From Sphingomicrobium sp. (lineage in GTDB: Bacteria > Pseudomonadota > Alphaproteobacteria > Sphingomonadales > Sphingomonadaceae), in assembly GCA_036268895.1 (NCBI GenBank), contig DATATH010000069.1, positions 1-42,355 on the forward strand: a DNA stretch of 42,355 bases, read 5' to 3'. Position numbers and translations under genes: made by a program. Every line of letters starts with the position of its first letter. Positions within the stretch are counted from its first letter, which is position 1. Below the pieces are notes generated by a model. The model made no database searches. It was not told the DNA's origin and worked only from the letters and a program-made list of their open reading frames with translations. Shown here in pieces: positions 1-10,435 of this stretch.

Positions 1-83
1 ACAGTCAAGCGCGGGAGGATTCCGGCGAAGAGCCCCGCCAGCAGCAGACGGAGATTCAGGCCGAAATACGAATGCATTGGTAA
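1..83 (+). CDS. C-terminal end of an upstream gene, truncated by the window; possibly an outer-membrane beta-barrel protein
   Basis: Frame from nt 3 reads SQAREDSGEEPRQQQTEIQAEIRMHW* (TAA 81-83). The terminal aromatic residue with alternating hydrophobics resembles a beta-barrel C-terminus. Confidence 0.5.
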   Translation, partial: SQAREDSGEEPRQQQTEIQAEIRMHW

Positions 84-131
84 CCATCTCGGGCGGCGTG
101 AAATTTACCGTCACCGGCTTAACCTTTCCCG

Positions 132-752
132 ATGGTGCGCCAATTCTTCGCTTTCGTGGCAGGCTTGAGCCTGACCGCGCCTCTTGCGGCAGCGACATTG
201 ACGGTTCGCGTCCTCGATTCGACGGGACGGCCGGTCAACGATGCCGTTGTCACCTTCTATCCTTCGGCGGGAGCGCGCGCTCTAAGACCCGGCGGGCACT
301 ATGTCATTTCGCAGCAGAACCTGCAGTTCCATCCGTTCCTGACGATCGTGCCGGTCGGCGCCGACATCTCATTTCCAAACCTCGATAACACCAAGCACCA
401 CGTCTATTCCTTCTCGCCCGCGAAGCGATTCGAGCTGAAGCTTTTCGCAAAGGACCAGTCGCGAACGGTCCATTTCGACAAGGCCGGAGTGGTCGCATTA
501 GGCTGCAACATCCACGACCAGATGAGCGCATTCATCATCGTCGCCGACAGCGCTTGGACCGCCCGCACGAATGCACGAGGGATGGTCGAGTTCGGCGATG
601 TGCCCAGTGCCCCGGGCCGGGTAATCGTCTGGCATCCCTACCTTCGTGCTCCGAACGGGACGATGCAGCAGGCACTTGCACCGAACCAACATAGCGCAAG
701 CTTCTCGGTGCGACTCCGGCCACCACCGCCGTCGATGCCGATGGATTATTGA
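132..752 (+). CDS. Exported cupredoxin-like ('methylamine utilization') protein
   Basis: Signal peptide-like N-terminus, plus FPNLD..HHVYSFS and CNIHDQM motifs (His...Cys-x2-His-x2-Met, type-1 copper-like). Confidence 0.8.
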   Translation: MVRQFFAFVAGLSLTAPLAAATLTVRVLDSTGRPVNDAVVTFYPSAGARALRPGGHYVISQQNLQFHPFLTIVPVGADISFPNLDNTKHHVYSFSPAKRFELKLFAKDQSRTVHFDKAGVVALGCNIHDQMSAFIIVADSAWTARTNARGMVEFGDVPSAPGRVIVWHPYLRAPNGTMQQALAPNQHSASFSVRLRPPPPSMPMDY

Positions 753-3091
753 TGCGATCTTTCCGCTCGCTCAGCACTCGTCTCACTGTGCAATTCGCGC
801 TGCTCTTTGCAGCGGCGATGCTGGCAGTCTCGGCTGCCCTTTCGACATTCATCGCAGGAGCCGCGTCGCGCGAGGTCGAAGGACAGCTCCAGTCGTCGGG
901 CGCCGTATATGATCGCCTTTGGGAACAGCGCGCTCACGAGCTCCAGAACGCAGCGCAGCTGCTTGCCCGCGACTTTGGCTTCAGGGCGGCGGTCGCGACC
1001 GGAGACCAGGCAACGATGGAGTCGGCGCTCAGCAATGCAGCGGCGCGGCTGAAGGTCAGGAGCGCTTTCATCGTCACCGCGGACGGCAAGGTCACAGCCG
1101 TCGATCCGTCGATTCCAGTGAACGAGACGCGGCGACTGTGGGACCCGCTCGACGAAGGGCGCCTGACCGGCGTGTCCGTCCTCTCCGGGCGCCCGCGCCA
1201 GCTCGTGGCCGCGCCGATCATGGCCCCGACGTTGATCGGGTGGGTCGTCTTCGCCGCCGATCTCGATCCTCGTGAAATGCGAGGCCTCGAGCGACTTTCG
1301 GCGATCCCGCTTCACGCCGCCGTCCTTGCCCAGAGCAAAGGCCGCTGGCTGGAAGCGGCCGGAAGCATGTCGGCGCTCAATGGCGAGACGGCATCCCTCG
1401 CTGAAGATCATGTGCGCACCGGAGCGGCGTTCGAGATGCGGGTCGCCGGCGAGAAGTCCATCGTCCTTGCAAAGCCGCTCCTAACTTTCTCGGACGGGGA
1501 GCGGGCCATTCTCCTTCTCGCTTACCCGAAGGCGCAGGCGCTCGCCGAAGCGCGCAAGTTGCAGCTGGCGCTTGCAGTGATGACCTTCCTTGGGCTTTTG
1601 CTGATGGGCTTTGCGACCTGGCGCGCGGCCGGCCGGATCACTCAGCCGCTTGCACGCCTCGATGAGGCCGCGGGACGGCTCGCAACGGGTGAGCATGTCC
1701 AAGTCCGCGTACGCGGCAGTGATGAGCTTGCACGCCTAGCGACCAGCTTCAACGAGATGGTGGGAAAGATCGTCGAGCGTGAGCAGCGGATTACCCAGCT
1801 CGCTTTCAACGACGTTCTCACGGGACTTCCGAACCGGACCATGTTTCACCAGCAGCTCGAACAATTGTTTCGCGCGTCCGACGGCAACGGCAGCCTGTTT
1901 GCGCTTCACTGCCTTGATCTCGACCAGTTCAAGGTGATCAACGATACGCTCGGTCACCCAGCCGGCGACGCCCTGCTCGTCGAGGCTGCGCAGCGGCTCC
2001 GAAATGCCGCCCGCGGCAATTTCGTCGGCCGCCTCGGCGGGGACGAGTTCGTCGTTCTTCAAAGTGTCGGATCCGATCGCGATGCCATCGACAGGCTGGC
2101 GCGCGATATCCTATCGGCGATCGCGCAGCCGCTCACCATTGACGGCAACGAGCTGGTTCCATCCACCAGCATTGGCATCGCTATTGCGCCCGACGACGGC
2201 CGCGACGGCGGCACCTTGCTCAGGAATGCCGACCTCGCGCTCTATCGCGCGAAGGAGGCGGGCCGTGGAACCTATGCCTTCTTCGAGGAAAGCCTGAACC
2301 AGCGCGCGCAGGAACGACGGCTGCTCGAATCCGACCTGAGGCTCGCGCTGGAGCGCGAAGAGTTCGAGCTCCTTTATCAGCCCCTGTTCGATCTCGAACA
2401 GAACCGCATCTGCTCATTCGAAGCGCTGCTGCGGTGGAACCATCCAAAGCGCGGTCTCATCTCGCCCGCGGATTTCGTTCCGGTCGCAGAAGACACGGGC
2501 CTCATCGTCCCGATCGGTGCATGGGTGATCCGTGAAGCCTGCGCCCAGGCCGCGGGCTGGCCGGGGCAGATCCGAGTGGCGGTGAACGTGTCGCCCGTCC
2601 AGTTCCATCGCGGCGCTCTTCATGAAACGATCCTTCGGGCGCTGGCGACCACGGGGCTTGCTCCCGACCGGCTGGAAATAGAGATCACCGAATCCATCTT
2701 CCTCGAGGGCAGCGAAACCACCCTCAGGCTATTGCATGGGCTTCGGGCACTTGGAGTCCGGGTCGCGCTCGACGACTTCGGCACCGGCTATTCTTCGCTC
2801 AGCTATCTGCAGAGCTTTCCGTTCGACAAGTTGAAGATCGATCGCAGCTTCATCCACAATCTCCTGACGCGCGAGGGCGCGAGCGCCATCGTGCACGCGA
2901 TAACCGAGCTCGCGAACGCGCTTGGAATCGAAACGACCGCGGAGGGAGTGGAAGAGACGGCCCAGCTGATGGAGCTGCGCGCCCACGGCTGCTCGTCGGT
3001 GCAGGGGTTCCTATTTGCGGAGCCGATGACCGTGGCCGACGTCGACCAGCTCTTTCGCGACGGCAGAATCGCCCTTTCAGACGCCGCCTGA
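752..3091 (+). CDS. Membrane-anchored sensor/HAMP-GGDEF-EAL diguanylate cyclase/phosphodiesterase
   Basis: Two TM segments, a HAMP region (ITQPLARL...DELARLATSFNEM), intact RLGGDEF, FEALLRW and DDFGTGYSS motifs. ATG at 752 overlaps the upstream TGA. Confidence 0.92.
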   Translation: MRSFRSLSTRLTVQFALLFAAAMLAVSAALSTFIAGAASREVEGQLQSSGAVYDRLWEQRAHELQNAAQLLARDFGFRAAVATGDQATMESALSNAAARLKVRSAFIVTADGKVTAVDPSIPVNETRRLWDPLDEGRLTGVSVLSGRPRQLVAAPIMAPTLIGWVVFAADLDPREMRGLERLSAIPLHAAVLAQSKGRWLEAAGSMSALNGETASLAEDHVRTGAAFEMRVAGEKSIVLAKPLLTFSDGERAILLLAYPKAQALAEARKLQLALAVMTFLGLLLMGFATWRAAGRITQPLARLDEAAGRLATGEHVQVRVRGSDELARLATSFNEMVGKIVEREQRITQLAFNDVLTGLPNRTMFHQQLEQLFRASDGNGSLFALHCLDLDQFKVINDTLGHPAGDALLVEAAQRLRNAARGNFVGRLGGDEFVVLQSVGSDRDAIDRLARDILSAIAQPLTIDGNELVPSTSIGIAIAPDDGRDGGTLLRNADLALYRAKEAGRGTYAFFEESLNQRAQERRLLESDLRLALEREEFELLYQPLFDLEQNRICSFEALLRWNHPKRGLISPADFVPVAEDTGLIVPIGAWVIREACAQAAGWPGQIRVAVNVSPVQFHRGALHETILRALATTGLAPDRLEIEITESIFLEGSETTLRLLHGLRALGVRVALDDFGTGYSSLSYLQSFPFDKLKIDRSFIHNLLTREGASAIVHAITELANALGIETTAEGVEETAQLMELRAHGCSSVQGFLFAEPMTVADVDQLFRDGRIALSDAA

Positions 3092-3100
3092 CCGCCTCTC

Positions 3101-4222
3101 TCAGGCGATGAGGGAATCGTCCACCTGCGCTATACGTGTGCAGCCGGTCAGCGCCATCGCGACCCGCATTTCGGCTTCGATCAGCTTCACCACATGGGCG
3201 ACACCCTGCTCGCCGGCGGCGGCGAGCGCATAGGCCCAGGCCCTTCCGAGCAGGACGAAATCGGCGCCCAGCGCAAGCATCCTCACGACGTCGAGGCCCG
3301 AGCGCACTCCGCCATCGACGAGGATCGGCAATCGCCCGCCGATCGCGTCTGCAATCGGGCCAAGCGCTCGGGCGGTTGAAAGGACCCCGTCGAGCTGGCG
3401 CCCTCCATGGTTCGAAACGACGATCGCATCGGCGCCGCTGTCGGCGGCGTCGCGCGCATCGTCCGGATCAAGAATGCCCTTGATGATGAGCGGGCCCTTC
3501 CATTGCCGACGCACCCATTCGACGTCCTTCCAATTCACCGAAGGGTCGAAATTCGCATGGATCCAGGACTGGAAATCGCTGAGCGGAGCTCGCCTTCCAA
3601 CTATCGGCTCGAGATTGCCGAGGCTGTGAGGCTTGCCCAGAACTCCGACGTCCCAAAGCCAGCCTGGACGCGCGAGCAGCTGTAGAATCCGGCGAGGTCC
3701 CGTGCCGGCAGCGCGCGCATCGCGATATCGCGAGCCCGGAACGGCGAGGTCCACGGTGAGGACCAGCGCACCGCAGGACGCCGCGCTTGCGGTCTCGATC
3801 ATCTGCGCGACGAAGCCGCGGTCCTTGACGAAATAGAGCTGGTACCAGGGAACATGGCCTGAAGCTGCGACTTCGCCAAGCGAGCAGGCGCTGACCGTCG
3901 AAAGCGCGAAGGGGATCTTGGCCCTTGCAGCCGCGCGTGCAGCCTGCACTTCGCCCCGGCGCGCATAAAGTCCGGCGAGGCCGACCGGGCCAAGCCCGAC
4001 CGGCATTGCCCATTTTTGAGAGAAGAGGGTCGTTCCGAGATCCATAGCCGAGACGTCGCGAAGCACTCGCTGTCTCAGCGCGACAGAACGCAGGTCCTTA
4101 AGGTTCCGCCTCAGCGTCACCTCGTCGTACGAGCCCCCGTCGAGATATTCGAAGAGGAAGTGCGGAAGCCGCGCCTTGGCGAGCTCGCGATAGTCGCTGG
4201 CGTTGGCTGCCCGCTTTCTCAA
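3101..4222 (-). CDS. lldD: FMN-dependent L-lactate dehydrogenase (alpha-hydroxy acid oxidase family)
   Basis: [32 protein letters not shown] and [10 protein letters not shown] motifs; TTG start. Confidence 0.88.
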   Translation of the reverse strand: MRKRAANASDYRELAKARLPHFLFEYLDGGSYDEVTLRRNLKDLRSVALRQRVLRDVSAMDLGTTLFSQKWAMPVGLGPVGLAGLYARRGEVQAARAAARAKIPFALSTVSACSLGEVAASGHVPWYQLYFVKDRGFVAQMIETASAASCGALVLTVDLAVPGSRYRDARAAGTGPRRILQLLARPGWLWDVGVLGKPHSLGNLEPIVGRRAPLSDFQSWIHANFDPSVNWKDVEWVRRQWKGPLIIKGILDPDDARDAADSGADAIVVSNHGGRQLDGVLSTARALGPIADAIGGRLPILVDGGVRSGLDVVRMLALGADFVLLGRAWAYALAAAGEQGVAHVVKLIEAEMRVAMALTGCTRIAQVDDSLIA

Positions 4223-4535
4223 GCTGTTCGCCTGACCTTTTTCACCGCATGGGTTTGCCCGTCCGTCTCGCCGCTTGCAACAGCAGCCGCGGGCGCCTCA
4301 AGCGCCTTCACGTGAGAGCGGAATGCCGCCCGCCCTGCGCTCGTCAGTTTCGCCCAGGTCCGCTGGCGTCCATTGGAAGGAGCCTTCCGGAGCGTAACAT
4401 ATCCTGCGTCGGTGAGGGCCGCGAGATGTTTGGACATCACCGAATCGCTTGCTCCAGTGATCGTCTTGAGAAGCGCGAACTCGCCCTCTTGCGCCTGTGT
4501 GGGCGTGGAAGGACCGCGTCGAAGCCGCTCGGCAC
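4219..4535 (-). pseudogene. Degraded winged-helix transcriptional regulator
   Basis: The C-terminal part is intact (EFALLKTITGASDSVMSKHLAALTDAGYV...RQRTWAKLTSAGRAAFRSHVKAL). The expected N-terminus (GTG at 4535, PSGFDAVL then HA) lies in other frames and appears shortened. Confidence 0.6.
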
Positions 4536-4643
4536 CTCCACACTCAGGCGCCCATCTCTTGGACGAAGACACGCTGCCAAAGCGTGCTTCCCGCGATCCC
4601 GATGAGCACTCCGCAAGTGAAAACTTTCTGATATGGAAAGTGA

Positions 4644-5459
4644 TCAGCTGGCGAAGCCTGGATCGAGCCGATAGGCCTTGCGCTTGAGCGCGGGCCACGC
4701 GAGCAGCTTCGCCGCAAGCCTCAGTCCAATCGCCCCTTGCTGGGCGGCGACTTCGGACGAGCCTTGCGGCGGATTGTTGACATTCTCCCCGGCACTAAGC
4801 GCCATGACCTGCGCCTGGCAGGCGCGCTCGAGCGTGTAGAGCCGGATGAATGCTTCCCCGACCGTCTCGCCGACCGCGAGAGTCCCGTGGTTCCTCAAGA
4901 GCATCAAATTCTTCGAGCCGAGGTCAGCAACGATCCGCTCGCGCTCCTCGAGATCGACCGCGATTCCTTCATAATCGTGATAGGCGAGATCTTCCCTCAC
5001 CAGCATTGCCGCTTGGGTCAGCGCAAGCAGGCCCTCGGCCTGGGCGCTCACCGCCTGGCCATGGGGTGTGTGGAGATGCATCACGGCGTGCGCGTCCGCG
5101 CGTGCCATGTGCACCGCCGAATGGATGGTGAAGCCCGCGGGATTGGTGATGAACGGAGTCGGCTCTACAGGGTTTCCCTCGACGTCCACCTTGATCAGCG
5201 AGCTCGCAGTCACTTCCTCGAACATGAGGTTGTAGGGGTTGAGCAGGAAATGGTGCTCGGGCCCTGGGATCCGCACCGACAGGTGCGTGAAGATGAGGTC
5301 GTCCCAGCCATAGCTTGCGACCATCCGGTAAGCTGCCGCGAGATCGATCCGAAGCTCCCACTCGGTTTTGCTGACCTTTCCTTCGAGTGATGGAATTTCG
5401 AGCGTTTCGAGTGGCGTGTTGACGTCCATTCCACGGCTGATGCTCTCGACGCGGTTCAT
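4644..5459 (-). CDS. Class II aldolase/adducin family protein
   Basis: LRIDLAAAYR, DLIFTHLS, GFTIHSAVH, MHLHT and LRNHG metal-binding motifs. Confidence 0.9.
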   Translation of the reverse strand: MNRVESISRGMDVNTPLETLEIPSLEGKVSKTEWELRIDLAAAYRMVASYGWDDLIFTHLSVRIPGPEHHFLLNPYNLMFEEVTASSLIKVDVEGNPVEPTPFITNPAGFTIHSAVHMARADAHAVMHLHTPHGQAVSAQAEGLLALTQAAMLVREDLAYHDYEGIAVDLEERERIVADLGSKNLMLLRNHGTLAVGETVGEAFIRLYTLERACQAQVMALSAGENVNNPPQGSSEVAAQQGAIGLRLAAKLLAWPALKRKAYRLDPGFAS

Positions 5460-6097
5460 GCTGGGACCTCCTGTCGATCCGGCTGTGCCGAAGCGAACGC
5501 CTCGATGCTGTTCGCATTCTCATCGGCTCCCAACAATGTCGGAAAATCGTCGATCGGCACGTTGAAGCGCCGTGCATTGTAGAGCTGCGGCACGAGACAG
5601 ACATCGGCTTCGGTTGGAGCGTCGCCGAAGAGGAACTTGCCAGCTTTGGGCGCGGCCATCGCTTCGAGCGCCACAAGACCCTCGCTGATCCAGTGAGCGT
5701 ACCAGCGGTCGACCTCCTCCTGGGGCTGATGGAGCTCGTTTTTCAGATATTTGAGCACACGCAGATTGTTCAAAGGATGGATGTCGCACGCCACCGTCAT
5801 CGCCATTGCAACGACATGCGCGCGCTCCGCCGCAGCGGCGGGAATGAGCGGCGGAGTTGGGTGGCGAATGTCGAGATAGTTGATGATGGCGAGACTCTGG
5901 GTCAGCCGATGGCCGTCGATGTCCAGCATCGGCACGAGGCCCTGCGGGTTCAGCCCCCGATATTCACGAGAGTTCTGGTCGCCATCGACGAGGTTCACCT
6001 GCCGCTTCTCATAGTCGATGCCCTTGAGGTTCAGCGCGATCCGAACGCGATAGCAGGCGGACGAACGATAATAATCATAGAGGATGATCCGGCTCAT
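5456..6097 (-). CDS. maiA: Maleylacetoacetate isomerase (zeta-class GST)
   Basis: LYDYYRSSACYRVRIALNLKG, NPQGLVP and CDIHPLNNLRVL motifs; start placed at the ATG of MSRII. Confidence 0.92.
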   Translation of the reverse strand: MSRIILYDYYRSSACYRVRIALNLKGIDYEKRQVNLVDGDQNSREYRGLNPQGLVPMLDIDGHRLTQSLAIINYLDIRHPTPPLIPAAAAERAHVVAMAMTVACDIHPLNNLRVLKYLKNELHQPQEEVDRWYAHWISEGLVALEAMAAPKAGKFLFGDAPTEADVCLVPQLYNARRFNVPIDDFPTLLGADENANSIEAFASAQPDRQEVPA

Positions 6098-6107
6098 GGC
6101 CGGGTGC

Positions 6108-6512
6108 TTACTCTTGCGAAACGAAGGGCGCCATGACTTCCGCCGGCACGCGGATCGGCCGCCCGAGCGCCTTGTCGATAATCGCCCACTGCGTTCTGGA
6201 GCGAACGCAAACTTTCCCGTCAGGGCCCGTGAACTCGACGAAGCGGTCGGACCGAGCGCCTCGCGGCTCGGCCCCGACCCAGGTCCTGGCAGTGACCAAA
6301 TCGCCCGCATGCGCCGGGCGCAAATAATCGATCTCGTGCCTCACCACGACCCAATGATAGATTTGCTTCAGATCGTCGGGCGCAACCTCGTCCCAGTGCG
6401 CCACGGCCACCTGCTGGATCCACTGCACCCAGACCGCATTGTTGACGTGGCCGAGCTCGTCGATGTGCTCCGGTCCGGCAGCCAGCTCCATCTCGAAGAC
6501 CCTCGTCCTCAC
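6108..6512 (-). CDS. Acyl-CoA thioesterase (hot-dog fold)
   Basis: HIDELGHVNNAVW and VVRHEIDYLRPA motifs; the GTG start overlaps the ptrB stop (GTGA). Confidence 0.85.
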   Translation of the reverse strand: MRTRVFEMELAAGPEHIDELGHVNNAVWVQWIQQVAVAHWDEVAPDDLKQIYHWVVVRHEIDYLRPAHAGDLVTARTWVGAEPRGARSDRFVEFTGPDGKVCVRSRTQWAIIDKALGRPIRVPAEVMAPFVSQE

Positions 6513-8572
6513 CTGCCTGTCTCGGTGAGGATAAAACCGTATGTCTCCGCCACCTCGTGCAGCTTGTCCCACCGACCCGACTTGCCGCCGTGACCCGCGC
6601 CCATGTTGATCTTCAAGAGAAGCAGGTCGGTTCCTGTCTTCGTCGCTCGAAGCTTTGCCGCCCACTTCGCCGGCTCCCAGTAGGTTACGCGAGGGTCGGT
6701 GAGCCCGCCGGTGATCAGCATCGGCGGATAGTGCTGCGCTCTTACATTGTCGTAGGGCGAGTAGCTGCGGATGTAGCCGAAGGCCTTCTCGTCCAAAATC
6801 GGATTGCCCCATTCGGGCCATTCGCCCGGCGTCAGGGGAAGCGTGTCGTCGAGCATGGTATTGAGCACGTCGACGAAGGGGACGTCCGCGACAGCGGCCC
6901 CCCAGAGCTCCGGATTTGAATTGACGACTGCGCCCATCAGCTCGCCGCCGGCGGAGCCTCCGTTGATCGCGATCCGTCGAGGCCGACTGAAGTTTTTCGC
7001 GATCAGACCTTTGGCGACGTCCGCGAAATCGTTGAACGTATTCGTCCGCTTGGCCAGCTTTCCATCGAGAAACCACTTGTAGCCAAGATCGTCTCCGCCG
7101 CGGATGTGCGCGATGGCGCAGGCCCAGCCGCGGTCAAGCAGGCTGATCCGGTTCGAGTTGAATGCCGGCGGTATCGCAATCCCGTACGCGCCATAGGCAT
7201 AAAGGAAGAGCCTGCCCTCGCCATTCTTCTCAAATCCGCGCTTGTAGACGATCGAGACGGGCACCTTGGCGCCGTCGCGGGCTTCGATGGTCAAGCGTTC
7301 CGTTACATATTGCGATGCGTCGTAGCCGCTCGGAATTTCCTGGACCTTGAGGACCTGAAGTTCGCCTCTGTTCGGATCATAGTCGTAGGTGGTGGTCGGG
7401 GTGACCATCGAGGTGTAGCCGAGCCGGTACGCTGCAGGAGCGAACTCACGATTGCCCATGAAGAAGGCACTATAGCTGGCCTCCTTGAACGGAATCTGGG
7501 TTTCCTCGCCCGCATAGGTCCGCAGCGAGAGCTGGTCGAGCCCGTCGACCCGGCTGCTGACTGCGAGATGGTCGCGATAGGAGGTGATTGCGGTCAGATA
7601 GACGCGGTCGGATCCTTCGAGCACGGTCCGCCATTCTTCGGGGTTCGACAATTCTGCCTCGGCGAGCCGGAAGTTCACATGATCATCGTTGGTGTGGATC
7701 CAGAGTTTCCCGTGCGCCGCGTCGACATGATATTCCCGGCCCGGCCTTCGGCGTGAGATAAGGGTCAGAGGCTCGGAGGGATCGTCGGCCGAGACGAACC
7801 GCACCTCGCTCGTTGCATTGTCGCCGGTCGAAACCAGGATCAGGCTTCTGTCCTGGGTCCTGGCTATGCCGACCGAGAAGCCGAGCTCTTCCTTTTCTTC
7901 GTAGAGCGTGATGTCCTCGTCCGCAGAAGTGCCGAGCCGATGATAACGCGCACGGTAGCTTCGCCAGTGTTCGTTGACCTCGGTGAAAACGATACCGGCG
8001 CTATCGCTCGTCCAGACAGGCTGGCCGATTCCGACTGTCGTTACGGTTTCAGTGTCCTTGCCGGTGCCAAGATCGCGAATCCGCAGCTGAAACCGCTCCG
8101 ACCCGTCATAATCGGCGAGCGTCGCAAGAAGCTTGCCGTCGGGACTGACCTCGAGTGCGCCCAGGCGGAAATAATGACCGCCATGAGCCTCGGACGGCTC
8201 GTCGAAGATCAGCTCGTCCTCGCCGCCCTCGAGCGGCTTGCGATACCAGCTCCGATATTGGGCGCCCGGCTTGAATGCCCACCAATAGAGATGGTCGCCG
8301 TCACGGATCGGGACCGAGCTGTCGTCCTCCTTGATCCGGCCCTTCATCTCCTCGAACAGCTGCTCGATCAGCTCCTTGTGCTGGGCGGCCCAGGTTTCGA
8401 AATACGCGTTTTCGGCATGCAGATAGGCAAGAACGTCGGGGTCATCGACCTCGGGATATTTGGAGTCGCGGAGCCAGTGCCACGGGTCCTCGATGGTGAC
8501 GCCATGGCGCTCGTAGTTATACGGGCGCTGCTCGGCGGTCGGCGGCTGCGGAAGGTCTGGGGACTTGTTCAT
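6509..8572 (-). CDS. ptrB: Oligopeptidase B (S9A peptidase)
   Basis: DPWHWLRD N-terminus, catalytic GGSAGG, DPRVTYWEPAKW and AGHGGKSGR. Confidence 0.93.
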   Translation of the reverse strand: MNKSPDLPQPPTAEQRPYNYERHGVTIEDPWHWLRDSKYPEVDDPDVLAYLHAENAYFETWAAQHKELIEQLFEEMKGRIKEDDSSVPIRDGDHLYWWAFKPGAQYRSWYRKPLEGGEDELIFDEPSEAHGGHYFRLGALEVSPDGKLLATLADYDGSERFQLRIRDLGTGKDTETVTTVGIGQPVWTSDSAGIVFTEVNEHWRSYRARYHRLGTSADEDITLYEEKEELGFSVGIARTQDRSLILVSTGDNATSEVRFVSADDPSEPLTLISRRRPGREYHVDAAHGKLWIHTNDDHVNFRLAEAELSNPEEWRTVLEGSDRVYLTAITSYRDHLAVSSRVDGLDQLSLRTYAGEETQIPFKEASYSAFFMGNREFAPAAYRLGYTSMVTPTTTYDYDPNRGELQVLKVQEIPSGYDASQYVTERLTIEARDGAKVPVSIVYKRGFEKNGEGRLFLYAYGAYGIAIPPAFNSNRISLLDRGWACAIAHIRGGDDLGYKWFLDGKLAKRTNTFNDFADVAKGLIAKNFSRPRRIAINGGSAGGELMGAVVNSNPELWGAAVADVPFVDVLNTMLDDTLPLTPGEWPEWGNPILDEKAFGYIRSYSPYDNVRAQHYPPMLITGGLTDPRVTYWEPAKWAAKLRATKTGTDLLLLKINMGAGHGGKSGRWDKLHEVAETYGFILTETGR

Positions 8573-8635
8573 GGCGTGTCCTCAACCAAGATGATCACCG
8601 TGCGTCCAGTCTAAAAGCGCGCTAGAGGAGACGCC

Positions 8636-10435
8636 ATGTCGACCTATGCAGACCGCCTCAAAGCCCTACGCGAGCAACTCAAGGCCGAGAAGCTCGATGG
8701 TTTCGTCGTCCCGCTCACCGACGAGCATATGAGCGAATATGTCGGGAGCTACGCCCAGCGCCTCGCCTGGCTGACCGGTTTCCAGGGCTCCGCCGGATCC
8801 GCGGTCGTACTTCCGGAGGAAGCAGCGATCTTCGTCGATGGCCGCTACACCCTCCAGGTCCGCCAGCAGGTCAGCCCGACCGAGTGGAGCTACCAGTCGG
8901 TTCCGGAGACGAGCACGACGCAGTGGCTCGAGGAGCATGCGCCAGAGGGCGCGCGAATCGGCTACGACCCGTGGCTGCACACGCGTGACTGGGTGAAGAA
9001 GGCGAAGGAAGCGCTTGCCAGCCGCGGTGCCGAGCTGGTGCCGGTCGAACGCAATCCGATCGACGAGATCTGGAAGGACCGGCCGGAAGCCTCCAAGGCG
9101 CACCTCGTCGTCCAGTCCGACCAGCATGCGGGAAAGTCGGCAGCCGAAAAGCGAACCGAGATCGGCGACTGGCTTGCCAAGCACCATGCCGATGCGGCGG
9201 TCCTGTCGGCACTCGATTCAATCGCCTGGGCCTTCAACATCCGCGGAAAGGATGTGACTCACACGCCCGTCGCCCTCGCTTATGCGATCGTCCATTCCGA
9301 CAGTACTGCCGACCTGTTTGTGGCGGAAGAGAAGATCGGGCCGGAAGTGCGGCAGCATCTTGGGAACGGAGTCCGGCTGCACGAACGCTCGCAGTTCGAG
9401 TCCGCGCTGTCCAAGCTCAAGGGCAAGACTATCGTCGTCGATCCGGAACGGGCGGTTGCCGCGATCTTCGAAGCGCTGGAGAAGGCGCCCGCCAAGATCC
9501 TTGCGCTGCGCGATCCGACGATCCTCCCCAAGGCTTTGAAAAATCCGGCCGAGATTGCCGGCCAGAAAGCGGCTCAGACCCGCGATGGTACCGCGATCGT
9601 CCGCTTTCTCCATTGGATCGACGAGGAAGCGCCCAAGGGTGAGGTGGATGAGCTGATCGCCTCCGACAGGCTCGAGTCGCTTCGCCGCGAGAGCTCGGAC
9701 CTTCGCGATCTCTCGTTCGACAGCATTTCGGGCGCCGGTCCCAATGGCGCGATCGTTCATTACAAGTCGAGCAAGAAGACCAATCGCAAGCTCGAAAAGG
9801 GGACGCTCTATTTGATCGATTCGGGCGGCCAGTATGTCGATGGTACGACCGACATCACCCGCACCGTCCCGATCGGCGAGCCGAGCGATGAAATGCGCGA
9901 TCGCTTCACAAGGGTGCTCAAGGGACATATCGCGATCGCCGCCGCGGTCTTTCCAAAGGGAACCCGCGGAAGTCAGCTCGACAGCTTCGCCAGGCGTCCT
10001 CTTTGGGAAGCGGGCCTCGATTACGCACACGGGACCGGCCACGGGGTCGGCAGCTTTCTCGCGGTGCACGAGGGGCCGCAACGCATATCGCCGGTGGGCA
10101 GTGCTCAGGCCGGCGGCGACGAGCCTCTCCAGGCCGGTATGATCATTTCCAATGAGCCCGGCTATTACAAGACCGGTGAGTACGGCATCCGCATCGAAAA
10201 TCTCGTGTTGGTCGTTAAGCGCGAGATCGACGGCGCCGAAAAGGAGATGCTCGGGTTTGAGACCCTGACCTTCGCGCCAATCGACCGGCGGCTGATTGAT
10301 GCGCAAATGCTCGATCCCGAGGAGCTGGTCTGGCTCAACTGCTATCATGCGCATGTGCTCGCAAAGATCGGTCCGACCCTGTCGGGAAGCGATCTCGAGT
10401 GGCTACGCATGGCCTGCGCTCCGATCGAGGCCTAA
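8636..10435 (+). CDS. Aminopeptidase P family (M24) Xaa-Pro peptidase
   Basis: DSGGQYVDGTTDITRT, HGTGHGVG, HEGP, EPGYY and GIRIEN metal-binding motifs. Confidence 0.93.
   Translation: MSTYADRLKALREQLKAEKLDGFVVPLTDEHMSEYVGSYAQRLAWLTGFQGSAGSAVVLPEEAAIFVDGRYTLQVRQQVSPTEWSYQSVPETSTTQWLEEHAPEGARIGYDPWLHTRDWVKKAKEALASRGAELVPVERNPIDEIWKDRPEASKAHLVVQSDQHAGKSAAEKRTEIGDWLAKHHADAAVLSALDSIAWAFNIRGKDVTHTPVALAYAIVHSDSTADLFVAEEKIGPEVRQHLGNGVRLHERSQFESALSKLKGKTIVVDPERAVAAIFEALEKAPAKILALRDPTILPKALKNPAEIAGQKAAQTRDGTAIVRFLHWIDEEAPKGEVDELIASDRLESLRRESSDLRDLSFDSISGAGPNGAIVHYKSSKKTNRKLEKGTLYLIDSGGQYVDGTTDITRTVPIGEPSDEMRDRFTRVLKGHIAIAAAVFPKGTRGSQLDSFARRPLWEAGLDYAHGTGHGVGSFLAVHEGPQRISPVGSAQAGGDEPLQAGMIISNEPGYYKTGEYGIRIENLVLVVKREIDGAEKEMLGFETLTFAPIDRRLIDAQMLDPEELVWLNCYHAHVLAKIGPTLSGSDLEWLRMACAPIEA

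Noticed and set aside
9218-10354. Long antisense ORFs (also 15401-16459, 37661-38569, 18734-19525, 19404-20309)
   Set aside because: Shadow ORFs opposite well-supported genes, expected from high-GC codon bias.
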